Assembly: GCF_009914755.1 (NCBI RefSeq)
Contig: NC_060932.1
DNA from: the human T2T-CHM13v2.0 reference genome, Homo sapiens
Reading direction: 5' to 3' (one strand)
Length of the DNA stretch: 64,000 nucleotides
The translations under genes and the position numbers were made by a program. Within the stretch, counting starts at the first letter, position 1; every line of letters starts with the position of its first letter. Of the stretch, positions 1 to 14,237 are shown piece after piece. The notes beneath the pieces were generated by a model. That model saw nothing but the letters and a program-made list of their open reading frames with translations. It was not told the DNA's origin and ran no database searches.

Positions 1-362
1 GCGGCCCCGGCGGAGCGAGCGCGGAGCCGGAGAGCCGGGAGCACAGGCGGCCGCGCCGCGTCCTGGCCCGGCCCGGGCCCGCGCGCCAGCATCGTCCGCA
101 GCGCGGGCATCCGGACCCTCCGGGCGCCCGGGGGGCTCCAGCAGGCGCGGGGGAACGGGAGGGGGCCTGCGTGCGCCGGCGGGTGCTCTCCAGGGGGCGT
201 CCCGGCGAGGCCCAGAGCGGGCCGGGGGCGGCGGCGGCTGGAGGAGCCCCCCCCACCTCCGGTCGGGCGCCCGGCTCAGCCGCCGGCGACGCGAGGCGCT
301 CGCGGGGATTTGCAACTCGCCGGATCGAGTCCTCGCCGGCGGGGCCGCTGCTGCTGGGGAAG
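1..362 (+). other. ADGRB1: Non-coding exon 1 (5' UTR); start may coincide with or precede the window start
   Basis: CpG-dense, no ATG, ends at strong donor AAG|GTAAGG (GT at 363-364); upstream of the first coding exon. Confidence 0.75.
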
Positions 363-3300
363 GTAAGGAAGGCTCCGGCGGGGGGCTGGGGGCGCGGCGG
401 GTGGGGGCGCAGCGAGGGTGGGAGGGGGTCGGGGGAGGGGCGGGCGCCCAGACTTCCTAACTTCGCCGTTTGGGGCTTCGCAGCTCCGAGGTTTTGCGCT
501 CAGAGCTCAGGAGTTTGGACCCCCACCCCCTACCCCCTCAGCCCCCTGCCTTCTCCAGCGGTGGCGATGGAATGTGGCAGGTCCCCGCGAGCCCGCATTG
601 GGCAGGCTGAGGAGGGGGCGACCCTGGACGCAGGAGAGGCTCCTCGGCGCCGCCGCCTCCTCCCCATCCACACACCACAGCCTGGCACCCCTCTTCATCA
701 CATGCACAGGGCAGGCTGGGGAGGGCGTTCCCGCTGTACCCCCAGCACACACAGACGCTGGCGGGGGTCTAAGGGAGCCCCCCATGGCCCCCAACAGCCA
801 CACATAGACGCAGCAGGCTCCGGAGAGCCCCCGAGCGTGTCCCCCTCCTGCTAATCACGTCCAGGGCCCCCTACAGACATTGTAAGGGCCCGAGACGTCC
901 TCCCCCCACGCACAGAGCTCGGGGCAGGCAGGAGAAAACCCCAGACTCCTTCTCGAAGCCCTCGCTCGTAGAAGCCCTCGCCTGTAGACCTGGCATTGGC
1001 AGTGGAGACTCCCTGGAGGTACTCTCCCCCACTTCGGGCGGAGGGCTATTTTTGCGCCCCCCACCCCCACGCGAACGCCTGGCTCTTCCCTCCTTGTCTA
1101 CCTTTCCACTGGGTCGGACAGGCCGCGCGGATAAGCCGCTCTCAACTTTGGGCCGGCCCTATGCCGTCTCCGCTCCAAGCGCCGAGCACTCCCGGGCGCC
1201 GAGCACTCCCGGGTCCGCGTCGCCGGTGAGCAGAGGCCGCCGGCCCTCCACCGTCGCCGCGCTAGCTTGGAGCCGCGCGGAGCTGCCTCGAGGAACGAGC
1301 ACGGCCCCCGCCCCCTCCTGGGGAGGCTGGGAGCTCTGGACCCGGCCAGGAGCCCTCTCCCTAGGTCCCCGCGGCCCCCTGGGCGAGGTAGAGAGCTCCT
1401 CCGGCCTCGGGAGGGGGCGGCGGAGCTGAGAATCACCGCGAAGCGATGCGACCGGGAGGGCTTGACGGAGGCTGCGGCTCCGAGCCCGCGTCCCTCCTCC
1501 TGGCCGCGGCGGCTCCTGCTTGGCCACTCCCCGGCAGCCTGAAGAGAACGCCTAATCTGGCACCCCAGCCCCAGGCCGCTGGGCACCTTACCCCTTTCCA
1601 CTTTTATTTTGGGCTTCTAAGTTTCTTGGAGCGCAGGCGCCTAGGCTGGGACCCGAAGAGCCCTAAGCCAGCCCTCTTTCAGCACCCGTCCCCGCCGCGA
1701 CCTCCCCGTTCTTCCTCCGGGTCTGGGGCGCAGATTCCTGGGCTGCAACTCCGGAGTAGTTGAAAGGCAGGAAGGCGTGTGGGCGGGTAGGGGGCCTGCA
1801 CTCCCGCCCCAGAGGAGCCGCTTGTCGTTTGTGTTGGGGAGGGAGCTGGGAGGTCTGCTCTCCCGCTCCATCCTGGGAACCCACGGAGACCCTCGGTACT
1901 CTCCCCACAGACACAAACACACGCCCCCTCGGAGCGAGAGCCGCCGCGGGGGAACAGCAGAGGCCGCGCGGGCGGAGGCGGGGGAAAGGGGAGCTGGGTC
2001 CCTTTTCTATCTGGGAGGGAGGTGGTATACGGTGTGTGGGGTCTGGGGAGGCGACTGTCACGTCTCCTAGAACCCTCATGCCTTCCACTCGTCTGCGACC
2101 CCGGCTGCCGAGGAGGCAACGAGGGAGGTCGAGCCGCTCCCTCCCGTGGGCGGCAGCGAAACTCTGCGCCCGCACGCCGGGGTGCCGCCGAGTCCGGCTT
2201 TGAGTACCCAGCAAGGTCAAGCAGGCGAAGGAGGGGGCGGGGGTTCCTGGGCGCGCCCCCGTCCGCGCACAGTCGGGGCCTTGGAAGGGGGTGTGCGCAG
2301 CCCGCCGAGTCAGTCCCGCTCGCCTGCCGCCCGCGCCCGGTCCCCGGAGGCGGACGTTGCGCGCGTTCGGGGATCCCGGAGCGCCCGGCGCCCCACGCCC
2401 TCCCTTCGGCTCGCTAGCTGCTCCTTGGCGCTGCTTTCAGACTTGTTGCGCCTCGATCTGGGGGGCAGAAGGCTGGCCCGGGAGACCCGGCGGCTGAGGG
2501 CCGAGCCGCGAAGCCCAGGGATGCGCCAGAGAGGCGCGCGGCTCCGCGGGTGGGCGCTGCGCTGGGGGGCTCGAGCCTGGGGTTTGCCGCCTCCGATCCC
2601 AGGGACGGGCGCTTGTTCCTGCCGGGGTCCCGCGCAGGGGCGGATAGAGGGCGATTCGTCGCCTCGGCCTCAGGCAGCACTCATCCGGATCCCGGGCTAG
2701 GGAGGGGGCGCAGCCAAGTTGTGGAGCCCTCGGAGGCCCTTCCCTCTCCCGCAGGCTCCGGCCCCTCTCGGACCTCGGTGGCCGCGTCCGTGAAATGGGG
2801 ACGCGGGCTCTGCTCTCGGATCCCTTCCAGCCCCCGACCCTCCGCACTTGTCCCGAGATCCAACGTGCCCGGTCCGCAGCGTGCTGGGTCTGCGGCGTCA
2901 GGGTGGCCCGAGTCCCGAGACCATCTGCGCTTGCGGACACAGCCGCGGGGCCTGGCATGAAGGGCCCCAGGGAGGGCCTAGCAAGCGCCCGGGGTCCGAG
3001 CAGCCTCCTGCGGCGTCCTCCGCCCCCGGTCGGCCCGACCCCGCCTCCGGGAGTGGGTCGTGGGGCGCGGAGCCCGTCCTCCGGGGACGCCGCGGGGCTC
3101 CAGGCCCAGGCGGCCGGCGCGGGGCCGCAGTGGCGGAAGGCGGAGGGCCGGCGCGCTGCCGCTGACTGCCGGGAGAGGGCGCCCGCACCGCGCCCGCGCG
3201 GCCCTGCCCGCCCCTTCCGTCTCCTCCGCGCCTGGCCCGCGGCTCCGGCCCCATCTTGGGCAGCCCCGGCCGCCACCTCCCTCCCGCCCGCCCGCCCGCC

Positions 3301-3650
3301 CGCTCGCTCGCTCGCTCGCCGTCCGCTCCCGCCGCCGGGTCCCGTGACGCGCCTCGCGTCTCGGCCGGAGCCCCCCTCGCCGGCCCGGCCCGGTCCCCGT
3401 GTGCGGTGCGCTGGCGTGAGCGCGCGTTTGCGTGCTGGTGTCCATGTGTGGCGCGCATGCACGTGCGTGCCCGTCCGGGAGGCTGGGGGCACGTGTGTGC
3501 AGGCATGCAGACTTGCACATGTGTGTGCGTGACGGGGGCGGGTCTCGCGCCGGTGTGGCCCCGGATGGCAGGATTTAGTCAAACCCCGTTTTACCGTCGG
3601 CTCTGGCTCTGGGCTGCCCCCGGGTCTGCTCTGTGTGCACGGGATGGACC
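1..3650. promoter_or_regulatory. 5' CpG island cluster (approx. 1-660, 1050-1550, 1900-3650); promoter region
   Basis: Very high GC and CpG density, many GC boxes (GGGCGG/CCGCCC). Confidence 0.85.
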
Positions 3651-6529
3651 CCTGGGAGGAAAACTCCAACACCTGACCCTCAGCAAAGACCCCGAACCAG
3701 GAGGGTATTGTTAACCCCTCCGGGCCCGCGAGCCCACGCCCTCCCTTTGTCCTCTGGAAGCCTCCGGCCTCCCTGGCTGCAGCTGCGCCATCGGCAGAGC
3801 TGTGACTTCTGGGTAAACACGCACAGGCCTGGGATCCCCCTGTAGACAGCCGGCGTGCACACAGAGGAAGTGGCACTCACTAGACGCGTGGGTGCCCATG
3901 TGAACACCCTCGAACTGGGAGCAGGGCAGGGGGCAGGGGGCAAGGGGGAGGGCGTGGTCCTGTGCAATCCCCCACCCCAAGCACTAAGGCTGCGGGAATA
4001 TGCAGGAAAAAGCCCCTGACCAGCTCTGCCAAGGAGGCTCTGGGGAGTGCAAGAAGGCAACCTACAGAGGCCTAGAAGTGGGGCTTACCCAGGAGGTGTC
4101 CCACGGAAGGGCAGGTGGGTGGGTGATGAAGGGGTCAGAGGTCCGGGCAGAAGGAAGAGCCGGCAGTGCAAAGGCCCTGGGGCAGGGCATTGTGCGGGTG
4201 TGAGAAATAGACCAGAGCTGGAGAGGAAGGTGGGAGGCAGGACAGGGGCTGCAGAGGGGTCCGGACCAGACCTGAGCCCTGAAGGTCTTGGCCCATGTTC
4301 TGGGAGCTGCTGTCAGGAGCCATAGGAGGGTCTCGAACAGGGTTGGTGGCTTGGCCTGATGGGGATGCCAAAGAGATGGGGCGCCCCATGGGCCGCCAGG
4401 TCATAGGGCGCGTCAGGAGGCTGAGTGCACAGCCTGTTGAGTGCCGCTGCCACGCCCACAGCTGCACTGCACAAGACGCAGGCCACATTCATCACAGTGG
4501 GCGGGCGGCAGCCAGCCCCGACGCCACCCAAAACCAACACACACCCCGGTGTGAGGTGCAGGCAGACACCCAGAGCAGGCACGCGTGTCCCCACAAAGGC
4601 AAGAAACACGGAACACCAGGGTGCCACGGCCCGAAAACCTGTGTCCCATTGTGGGCTCACGAGGACATGGGTCAGCACGAGCACACCGTGAGGTGCACAC
4701 GGGTGCACACGGCACCCCCGCCCCGCGATGTGTGCCTGTCTACACACGCAGAGGGGAAGGAGCGGAGGTTCAGACCTACAGACCGCACGATCCAGAAGAC
4801 ACAGCCTGGATGTTCATGTCCAGGGATGGGGCAGGGAGGCCCCCGCAGGCAGAGACTGGCAGTGGGACCCAGGGGGTGCTGGCCCTGCGTTCTGCTCTGT
4901 GACCTTCATCAGGCCCCAGCGCCTCCTTTCCTCATCTGTGCTCCACTCCTCGGGGTTAAGGTGAGGATCCCCCTTCCCCCGCAAAGCACATGCCACTGAG
5001 GAGGCGGCTCCGGACGTCTCCACTCCTGCCCCACCCTCCCTCTCTTCTTTTTTCATACTAACTCATTTCTGTTAATTGAGGAAGCAACAAAAAATAGGAT
5101 CAGTACCAAAGGACTAGCCTCCTTCCTCCACAGAGCCCTGGTCCTCTTGCCTTCTGCTACCCCGTTACAGGCTCTTGTTCGGGGCTACCCTGCCTGGAGG
5201 GACCGGTGGAGACCTCTGCCCCTCCTCCCTCCTTCCCTGCATGGGTTTCACAAACACAAACATGCACACACCCACCCCTTCTGTCCCCTGTCCTGCTCAT
5301 CGCCAGCCGCAGCACCCTCATATTTGACACCAGCACCCTCACTGCCCCCCTACCATCTCACCCCACCCCATCACCCCCACCACCATTGCCCCCGAGGCTA
5401 CCTCAGCCGCACCCTGCCGCCGGCACCACACTGCACCATCATTCCTATCTGACCCCACCTCCATCCCCAACACCAAAGCCAACAAACACCTTCCCCCCAT
5501 CACTCCCACTCGCCTCAGCAGCACCTGGACACCCCTCACAGCCACCTCCCTCAGCATGATCGCTGTCACCTTGGCCCCCACCTTAGGCTCCTGTCCCCTT
5601 CACTCGCCCCCATGGCTGTCCTCCTGCTTGTGGCGTTCTGTTCTCTCGGGCATCCCTCTCTGGGGCTTGGTCAGGGGAAGGGCACGACAGAAGTCCTCTC
5701 TGCAGCTTCGCTGTCAGGCCCCCAACCACTTGCCTTCCTGGGAGAGGAGCATGCGGCAGGCTGGTCCCCTGCAGCCCACCAGGCAACTGGGCTGTCCCGG
5801 CCCAGCACAGCTGAGGTCAGGAGGACCCAGGGATTACTGGGAGCTCAGAGACTGGGGTGGACCTTGAGATGAGACAGAACCTGTGTCCTGGTGCCTGTCC
5901 CCCACTCCTCACTCAGCTGTGGGCCAGTTTTGGGGGTGCTGACTCTTGACTGAGACATGTGGTTGAGGGGTCTTTGAAGTAAGAAACGCAGAGGAGCGGC
6001 CAGGAGGCTGAGAAGATGGTGCTGGCTGGGCACTGGCCTGGGTGCAAGGCGGGGAAGGAGGCTTCCAAAGCCCACACCCCACCCCCGACCACCGGGCCCT
6101 GGGGGCACACGGTTGGTCTTTGGGCCAGCACCTCTCTGAGGCTAAGTTGGCATCTCTGTGACAGGAGGGTGGGTGGCCCTACCTGCCTGTCCCGGAGAGT
6201 GCCAGAGCGTCCAGGGTAGCGCCTGTGTAGTGCCAGGGAGGGTAGGGCTGTCCAGGCAAGTCTTGGTGAGGCCCCAGTTCCAGCTCGGGGGTAATGGCCA
6301 CCCCAGAGGAACGCATTTCAATGGGATTTCAGAGCCCCGGGGAAAAGGAATGCGATTCAGGGAGGAGGAGAAGGGCCCCTGCACTCTGCACCCCCTCCCT
6401 GTTCCCCAGCCCCAGAGAGCCTGTCCCTGTGCCCATTCCAGATCTCACGGGCAGCTCCTCCAGAAAGCCTTCCTCTCCACCACAGCGCGCCCACATGCAC
6501 ACATAGACCCGCCTTGCCCCTCGCACACC

Positions 6530-6870
6530 TGAAAGACGTGTGCAGACCCAATGCTGGCAACTCACTCTGTGCGCACACACTTGCTCACATACACCTGCAC
6601 ACACGCATGTGCACACAGCCCTTGAACAGTGTGCACACACACTTGTAATAACTCACAAAAGGAGCATGCACACACCCTGCACGTGCACACACTTCCTCAC
6701 CCCCCCGAAGCACACATGCCACGTGCACACTCACGTGTGCGACTCAGCTGGAACACGCACATTCTGTTCCCCACTCGCTCACACACACACACCACTCACA
6801 CCTGCACAGCTTTCACCTGCACTCACCACACGCACACACGCACACATATGTGCAGCACACACGGCCACAG
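6530..6870 (+). repeat. CA-rich degenerate microsatellite
   Basis: cacacac/tgcaca runs. Confidence 0.85.
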
Positions 6871-9800
6871 ATGCATCCTCTAGCCCCTCCTTGCACCGAG
6901 GCTGCTCACCTACTGGACACACCTACTCTCTCCCTCGGTCTCGCTCCTCCCAAATGCTGGGCCCTGGCTGCAGCTGTTCCTCCCCACTGCCACATAACCA
7001 TAACACCGCGGCCTGCCCGCCGTGGTGGGGTGGAGGCCTGGGTTGGGGCCTGCTCCCGGGATACAGCCTCCTCTCAGGGGTCCTCGAGCCAGGAGACCAG
7101 CCACTTTGGAGTCCAGGCTGAGTGCAGCCTCCTCCTCAGGTCCCCATACTGTTGCTAGGGGCTCACCAGCCTGGTGGGCAGCCCTGCCTTCGAGGGCAAC
7201 TTCTAGGCAAGGTAGCCCTCCTCACTCTGGCCTCAGACCGGCCCCGGGGTGTGCCTGGAACCTCAGTGCAGCAGGGCGGGGACAGAGGAGCTTCAGCACG
7301 GGGAGCATCTTTAGGGCCTGCAGGTGGCTTGGGGTGATGAGCCCTAGACTACGGGAGATGCAGTGAGGCCCGGAACCTGAGGGCCGTTGGAAAGCTGGCC
7401 TCTGACGCTGGGCCAAGGTGGTCTGGGACAGTTGGGTAAGATGAGGGGTAACACAGCTCCTATCTTCCCCTGGAGTCACTAGGAGCCGGTCGGTCCCTCT
7501 GGGCCTGTATCCACGTCTGGGGAACTGCAGGCTGTGATCACCTTGCCTTCTGCAGGTGGGGGGTCAGATGAAGGTCTGTGTGCCAGGGCAGAGCATGGGG
7601 CTGGCCAGAGCGGAGCTTGGCACAGGACAGGGCCCCTTCTGCCTCAGCCCCACAGTGGTCTCTGTAAGAAGGGTCTTTCTCTCCCCGCCAGCAGCTCTGG
7701 CCAGATTCTTTGGGCACCCCTGTGCCCAGGCAGCTGGGTGGGGCTGGGCCTGGCAGGCTCTGTGAACATGGTGGGCTCCCACACCCTTGGGGGCGCACCC
7801 CCAGGGGGTCCGACCCTGCTGGCAGCCCTGCCCACCCTTAAGAGAGGCTTCCGGGCCTGCCTCTGCTGTGGGTGGCACGTGACCTGGGCTCTCTACGGGC
7901 AGGCCTAGCTACCCTGCAGGTTGACCAGTGGGGGTGTGGTTGGCACAAGCTGGGGTAGGACAGGTGGCATCTGGGGGTCACCCTGTCGGGGGGAGGCTAT
8001 CTCGGCACCCCCTCCTCGACTTGGCTAGTGCCTGACTCTCTGGCCCACTTCTTATGGCTCTGAACCCCTGAGACACGCAAATAAGTTGTCCTGGGCCCAT
8101 GTCAGGGGCCCTGCCAGGACCTCACAGGTGGGGGACCGTGCTGCCTCTGCTTCCGGTACCAGGCCGCTTGAATGGGGGCCGTGGGCACCCTGAGCGGGGA
8201 AGGCCAGCCGTCTGCCTCCCAGCCCCCTGGGCAGTCAGTGCCGAGGGCGCCCACCCCGCCCCTCCCCCCGTGCAGTCTTTTCTCAGGACACACAGGCGGG
8301 CACTGTTCAGAGGGCCGGCAGGACAACAGAGTGCCTTTTGTGGCTGGTGTCTGGGGATGCCATTGGTGGCCTAGGGTGGGCGGGGAGGGGACGCAGGAGG
8401 CCTGGGCCCAGGGTCGGGTCTGTCCAGTGTGGACTGGACCCAGAGCGGGCATGGGGTGCCGAGCCTCATGGAGGAGCCCCAGTGCCCCTGAGAGAAGGGC
8501 CTTGGACAGCATCCACTGCCCCTGGTTGGATGGTGGGGAAACCGAGGTGCAGGGTGTGATTGGAACCCAGGCCTGGTGGCAGGGTGGGGTGCGTGTGTGC
8601 AGTCTGCACAGGCCCAGGATGGCGGCGGGAGGCGGGTGCAGTGCCTCTCGTCTGAGGGTGTCTGTGATGGGGGTTACTGCCTTGCCCACCTCATGCAGAA
8701 GCTGTGAGATTGAAGGAGGGGTTCGTATATCATCTCAGGCCCGTTGCTGGCCTGCGGTCAGTGTGTAGTGAACGTTGGTGCCCTCTTCCCCACGCTGTGG
8801 CTCCCAACTCTGCTTCCCGGCCCAGCGTGGCTAGCTCCTGCTGCCCCACCTCTCTGGGTCCCCTGTCTGCCAGCCCAGGCCCTCACCCTGTCACCTCTGC
8901 CCAGAGACCAGTGGCACCCCCCGCCCTCCCTGAGGCCACCTCGCAGAAGCTGGCCAGCCTCCTCTGCAGCAGAAGGGATGGGGGCTAGACACCAGAAAGA
9001 ACTTCCTGACCACAAGGGCAGTTTGACCCTGGAGAAGGTGATGAGAAAGGCAGGAACCTGTGAGGGCTTTGCTGGTAATTGGTCACTGTCCTTGGGAAGC
9101 TGAGGGGCAGTGGGTAACGGGAGCTGCTGTTATCCAGGTCGAGATATGGAAACCAATGACCAGAGAAGTGGCCTGTGGTTCGGGGACCAAGACAATCGCC
9201 CACTTCTCTGCAAGAGAGTTGGTGACAGTTTTGCCATTAAACTGTAACACTTAAAGACAGGAGTGGCCAGCGCCCACACTGGTCCCCCAGCAATGGGGGC
9301 AACCCATGAGCCTCTCCCACCCTGTCACCTGTTGCCGGGATGCCCGGAGCTTTCTGTCCTCATAGTGGAGGCCTGGCATGGGGTGGGCTCAGGGGTCAGC
9401 CCGGCCTCAACCTTCAGGGTCCCTGACTGCTGCATGGAACACGCCTTTGGAGGATGAGGCTGGAAAAGCCTGCTGGGGAAATCAAGGCATCTGACGGAGA
9501 AGCACGGAGCATGGATTTTGAGGGACCAGGGCCAGGTCCAACCCCCGGGGCTCCCAGGGGATCCTCCCAACCCAGGGGATCCTCCCAACCGAGGGGACCT
9601 GGGAGCTGGTGTGGCCGAGGGGAGGAGGGTGAGCCAGCCCAGGGGAGCCGAGGCCAGAGGTACAGCTGTGCAGATACCACAGCAGCTGCCCCAGGGTGGA
9701 GCCATTGTTGGCTCAGGCCTGGACCCCTTTCTCCAAGGCCGTGACTGTGTGTGGTTCTGGCTAAATGCACCCTCTGGGGCACACCCTCCTCTCCCAGCCC

Positions 9801-9889
9801 CGTCTCTGTCCCCGCTGCCCTCACATCCCAGCAAGTACAGCACGAAGCCCAGGCTGTCCCACAGCCACGTGGCCTTGTACAAATGTGCC

Positions 9890-10020
9890 GCATGTGTGTG
9901 TTCATGCTCACATATGCACACTCACAGGCACACAGGAACACATGCACACACATATGCACGGGCACACACAGGCACACACGTATGCACACATGCATTTGTG
10001 CACACATTGACACACATCTG
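9890..10020 (+). repeat. CA-rich degenerate microsatellite
   Basis: cacacatatgcac runs. Confidence 0.8.
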
Positions 10021-13000
10021 CTTCTCCCCTTCCACATCTCAGCAGAGGCCACCAGCCCCTCCCCCATTTGCTCTCTGGAAGTCTCCTGTGACCCTGTCCA
10101 CATTGACCTTCCTCCTGGCCCAGACACTACACAGGCCCGCCCCTGCCCCCAGCAGGCAGAGGGACCCACTCATCCTCAGGGCCCCACTCAGGCGCTGACG
10201 CCTCCTGGATGCCACCCTGGGTGCCAGGAGGGATCAGGAGTCTCCCCTGCACGCCCCACCCCATCTCAGCTAGACTGTCGGCCAACACTGCAGCCATGTG
10301 ACCTGGGCTGCAGTGCCCGGCTCGGGCCTGGCGTGGGGGGGACAGGAGCCTGAAGAGATGGTCCCTGGTCACCCCCGGCCTTGGCCAGCTCTCTGCCCGC
10401 CTGGGCCTGCCTTGGTGTGAGAAGGCTCCGGGGTGGCCCCGTTGGAGGGTGGCGGGCAGGTGGGGTGCAGGAGACCTCGGCTGGCTCAGGGATGGGTGGG
10501 TCTGCTGGGGGCAGGGCAGGGGGTGAGTGTGGCAGGTGGGGAGGCCCGTGCCCACTGGCAGGCTCAGGGGCCATCAGCCAAGACAACGGCCTGGGCTCCT
10601 GCCCAGCATTGCCCAGTGGCCCATCCAGAAAAGGCAGGTTTGGGCCAGTTCTGTGGGTCTCAAATTCATATCAGCTGGGCCGGCCTTCCGGCCAATATGG
10701 CCTCTCCCAAGGCCTGGGCGGGGAGCAGCTCAGTCCGAGATGTTCTAGGGGATGCTGGGGAGCCGGGAAGTAACCTGAGCCCTCTCTCCCCACACCCCCC
10801 TGACTTGCTGATGGCCCCTGTGGTCCCTCCTGTGGAACCCCAGGGCTTCAAGGTTTAAGAATCCCAGGGATGGACACTTCTGGGCCATCTCCTGGCCCCA
10901 AGACAGTCTGCCGAGGCCCCAGGTCCCTGCCAGGGCACTGGGCAGTTGCGCTGCCTGGCCCTTAGCCCCTCCTCCCTGAAGGTACCTCCTCCCTCCTCCC
11001 TCTCCAGGCCAGAAGTGGGCCGTGTGCACCTTCCATGCCTGGCTGGTCCTGGGGCCTCCCCCTTCCACCTCCTGAGCACTCTCCTTCCCCATGGCCACTC
11101 CTGGCCCTCATGCCACTCCCTCGCCATCACCCCAGGGTGACCCCAGCACTGCCAGGGTGGCCCTTCTAAGGGGCGGTTCTGATAGGGGCACTGGCTGCTT
11201 CTGATCCCCTCTGCCACCTCTTGCCTACAGGGTGGGCCTCATACCCTAAGAGGGTTCAAGGCGTGGAGTCAGCTGGTGACAATGAGGGGCGACCGGTGAT
11301 ACCAGGGCCCTAGGGGATGCCAGGAGGTCTCCACTCGGCTCAGCTCTCAAGGGCCCGGGGACAGTGGCAGGGGTAGGCCCTCGTCCACCTGCTCTGGGGC
11401 CATGCTGGGCCGTGCTGTGCAGAGAGCATGGGCGGTGACCCGCAGGCCTGAGCTGCATTCCAGGCTCAGGTGCCCAGTACCGGCTGTGAGCCTCCACCAA
11501 GGCATGGCCCCTCTGTGGACCTCAGCATGCCCATCTGTCAAATGGATCTGTAACAGGGTGCCTCAGTGACAGAGTGCCTGGCACACATCCTATCTCCCTG
11601 TGAACCTGGGATGGACTCTTCCGTGTTTTCTCACCAAGCTGGAGCCTGTCCTGGGACACCCCTCCCAGGCCTGCACAGTCCACACGGCGTTGCGGACACC
11701 AGCCGCGTCGTGGCCAGCTGGGCTTATGAGGCTGCGCTCCCCTTCCAGGCTGCCAGGCTGTACCAGTTTCCAGGTGGGATGACCGAGGCCCTAGACTCCG
11801 TGCCCGGCCGCAGGCCCACAGAGGCTGGTCCTTGTACACCCCAGCTCCTGTGCCTGCTCCTGGCACCGCAGGCCCCTAGAACCTGCCCCGCCCTGGGAAT
11901 GCTATGGGGTGGAGCTGCCAGGGCCTGGGATGAGGAGGGGAAAGGTGGGCCTTGGCATCTTGAGCTGTGCGGGTCCCTCTGGGGTGAAGGTGGTGCATCT
12001 GGGGCTGACACCAACTCGGGGTCAGGGCTAACAGGATTGCCTGGGGCCTCCTTTGCACTTGGAGGGGCATATGGGGCAGTGAGGCTGGCTGACCTGTGGA
12101 GGAGTCAAGGCCACGTGGGTTCAGCACCAGGTGGGACTGGCACTCTGCCAGGCTCTGCCGACACTCAGCCAGGACTGGGCTCACCCCGGGACTGTAGCGC
12201 AAGGTGAGGCTGGGGAGGCCTTCTGGCTGTGGGACCTGCCCACAGCCGCTCCCTCTCCATGAGATGGTGAGGGGGCGCCCAGGACAGCCCGGCTTTTCCA
12301 TGCCTTGTCCAAGCCCACCCAGCCAAGCGTGTCTGGGGGCAGGACTGGAGGAGGGCTTCCAGGAGGCAGGGGACATGGCAGCATCTTCCCAGGTCTGCCA
12401 CGAATGCGCCAGGATGGGAAGATTGTTTTGTAGGTTTGTCCCTTTCTAAAAAAATTTTCTCTTGGGAGCCCGGAATGTTTGCCAGGAATGAGACCACAGA
12501 GGGCCAGGTTGGGCCATGTCTGTTCCCAGATCCAGAAGCCCCAGCCAGCTTCCTCCCCCTGCTGGAAGCACTTCCTGCAGCCCCCTGGCTAAAATTCCCC
12601 CACCCAGCTCTTAATCTCTTGTTGAGAGCAGTGGGGTGCCCATCCCACTTTACAGATGGAGAAACCGAGGCTTTGTGGTGAGAGATGTGTCCGAGGCCAC
12701 TGTGCAGTCAGGAGCACAGCCCAAGTCCAGCCTCCGGCCTCCTGGCTCCCATGGGCTCAGAGCCTCTGCTCAGGCTGGGGCCAGACCTCGAGGCTGCCTG
12801 GGCCCAGCTCCCTGCTCTGCCTACAAGGCTGTGCAGGAAGGACGCCAGGAGGGGACTGCAGAGCAGTGACCGACCTTGTCTTGCCAGCCAGCTGGGCCTG
12901 GGCAGCAGGAAGCGGCAAGTCCCGTGGGCGGGCGACCGGCATTTGTGCGGTCAGCAGAGCGGAGGCATCCCCACCAGGAGGCCGGGTGGCCTGGGGGAGG

Positions 13001-14237
13001 GGGACTGGCTACAGCTCCCCTCCCTCCTGCACAGGCTCAACTGCTGGGTGGGATGGACGGCCTGGCCAGAGGCCTTGGGGGTGGTGAGGAGACTGAGGTC
13101 TGTAGGCAGAAGGAACTTGCCAAGGTCCACAGCGAGGTGGATGCCCGCTGGGCCCAGGGCAGCCCCGGATCCAGGGCCTTCACTGTACCTCTGCTCACCC
13201 GTGGCGCTGTGAGTGGGCAGTCACTCAACCTGGGCCCTCTCCTGGAGCTGGGAGGTGTCTCCTGGTGGCACAAATTTAGGGTCAGCCTGGGGCTCACGTA
13301 TGGGTTCTCCGACCCACTCACTGTGACGGGTAAATTATGGATTCTCTCTGTGTCTCAGTTTTCCCATCATGAATGATAGGAAGTAATGCTAGCCTTGCAG
13401 AGGAAGGGCAGAGGTGAGGTGGCTCCTGGTGGCTCCATCCCCCCTCCATCCCTCCCCAGGCCCTGTGCCTGTAGCTTTAGGGCACGAGGGCACACGTGGG
13501 AGGGCCGAAAGAGAGCTTCCTGGCAGGAGCACCAGCTGGGCACAGGCTGCTGGAGGCTGCAGAGGGCAGTCTTGGGGGGGCACCAAATCTGAACTCCCCT
13601 CACCCCAAAGATCCAGTCATTGCTATTGAGGCTCTGCACCCCCTTCCTGCTCTCCAAGCCTTTAGAAAGGGCTCGGGGGCCAGACGGGAGGCTGGGGAAT
13701 GGCCCGAGTAACCTTTCTCCTGTGCTCCGGGCCCACTTCCCTTCCCACGGGGTTTGCAGAATCTTCCTGGGAAGGAGGAAGGTTAGAGAGGAGGGACCAA
13801 GGTCAGCAGGAAAGACAGAGCCTGAGAGAGCTACACCCTCCACTCACAGAGGGGCAGCCACGCAGAGCGTGGTGAGCGAGTGGGCAGGCAGGCCAGGGCC
13901 CCCGGGAGCCACGCCAGGCTGCGTGGGCAAAGGGGTACCACCAAAAGCCCCAGGTGGACTGCCAGCCCCTCCCTGCTCAGGCTTGGGTGGAGGCGGAGGT
14001 ACTTTGTTCCCCAAGCTGGGCCGCTGCCCCTGCAGGTGGTCACATTGGTGAGTGGCAGACAGACAGGTGGACGGAGCAGGTGCCTGGGAGGGTGCCAGGG
14101 CCTGTGTCTGCGGCCCAAAGTCCTCCTGCCCTCGTTGGTAGCAGGCTAAGCTGCCTCCTCTGAGAGAGCCCACCCCCATGCCCAGAGCCCACGTCTCCCC
14201 AAGTGCTCACTCTGACCCTCTGCTCTTTCTCTTCCAG

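Noticed and set aside
2437-3876. 479-aa minus-strand ORF and other long ORFs in the 5' island
   Set aside because: Low-complexity A/G/P/R sequence, open in several frames because GC-rich DNA lacks stops; no domain signature
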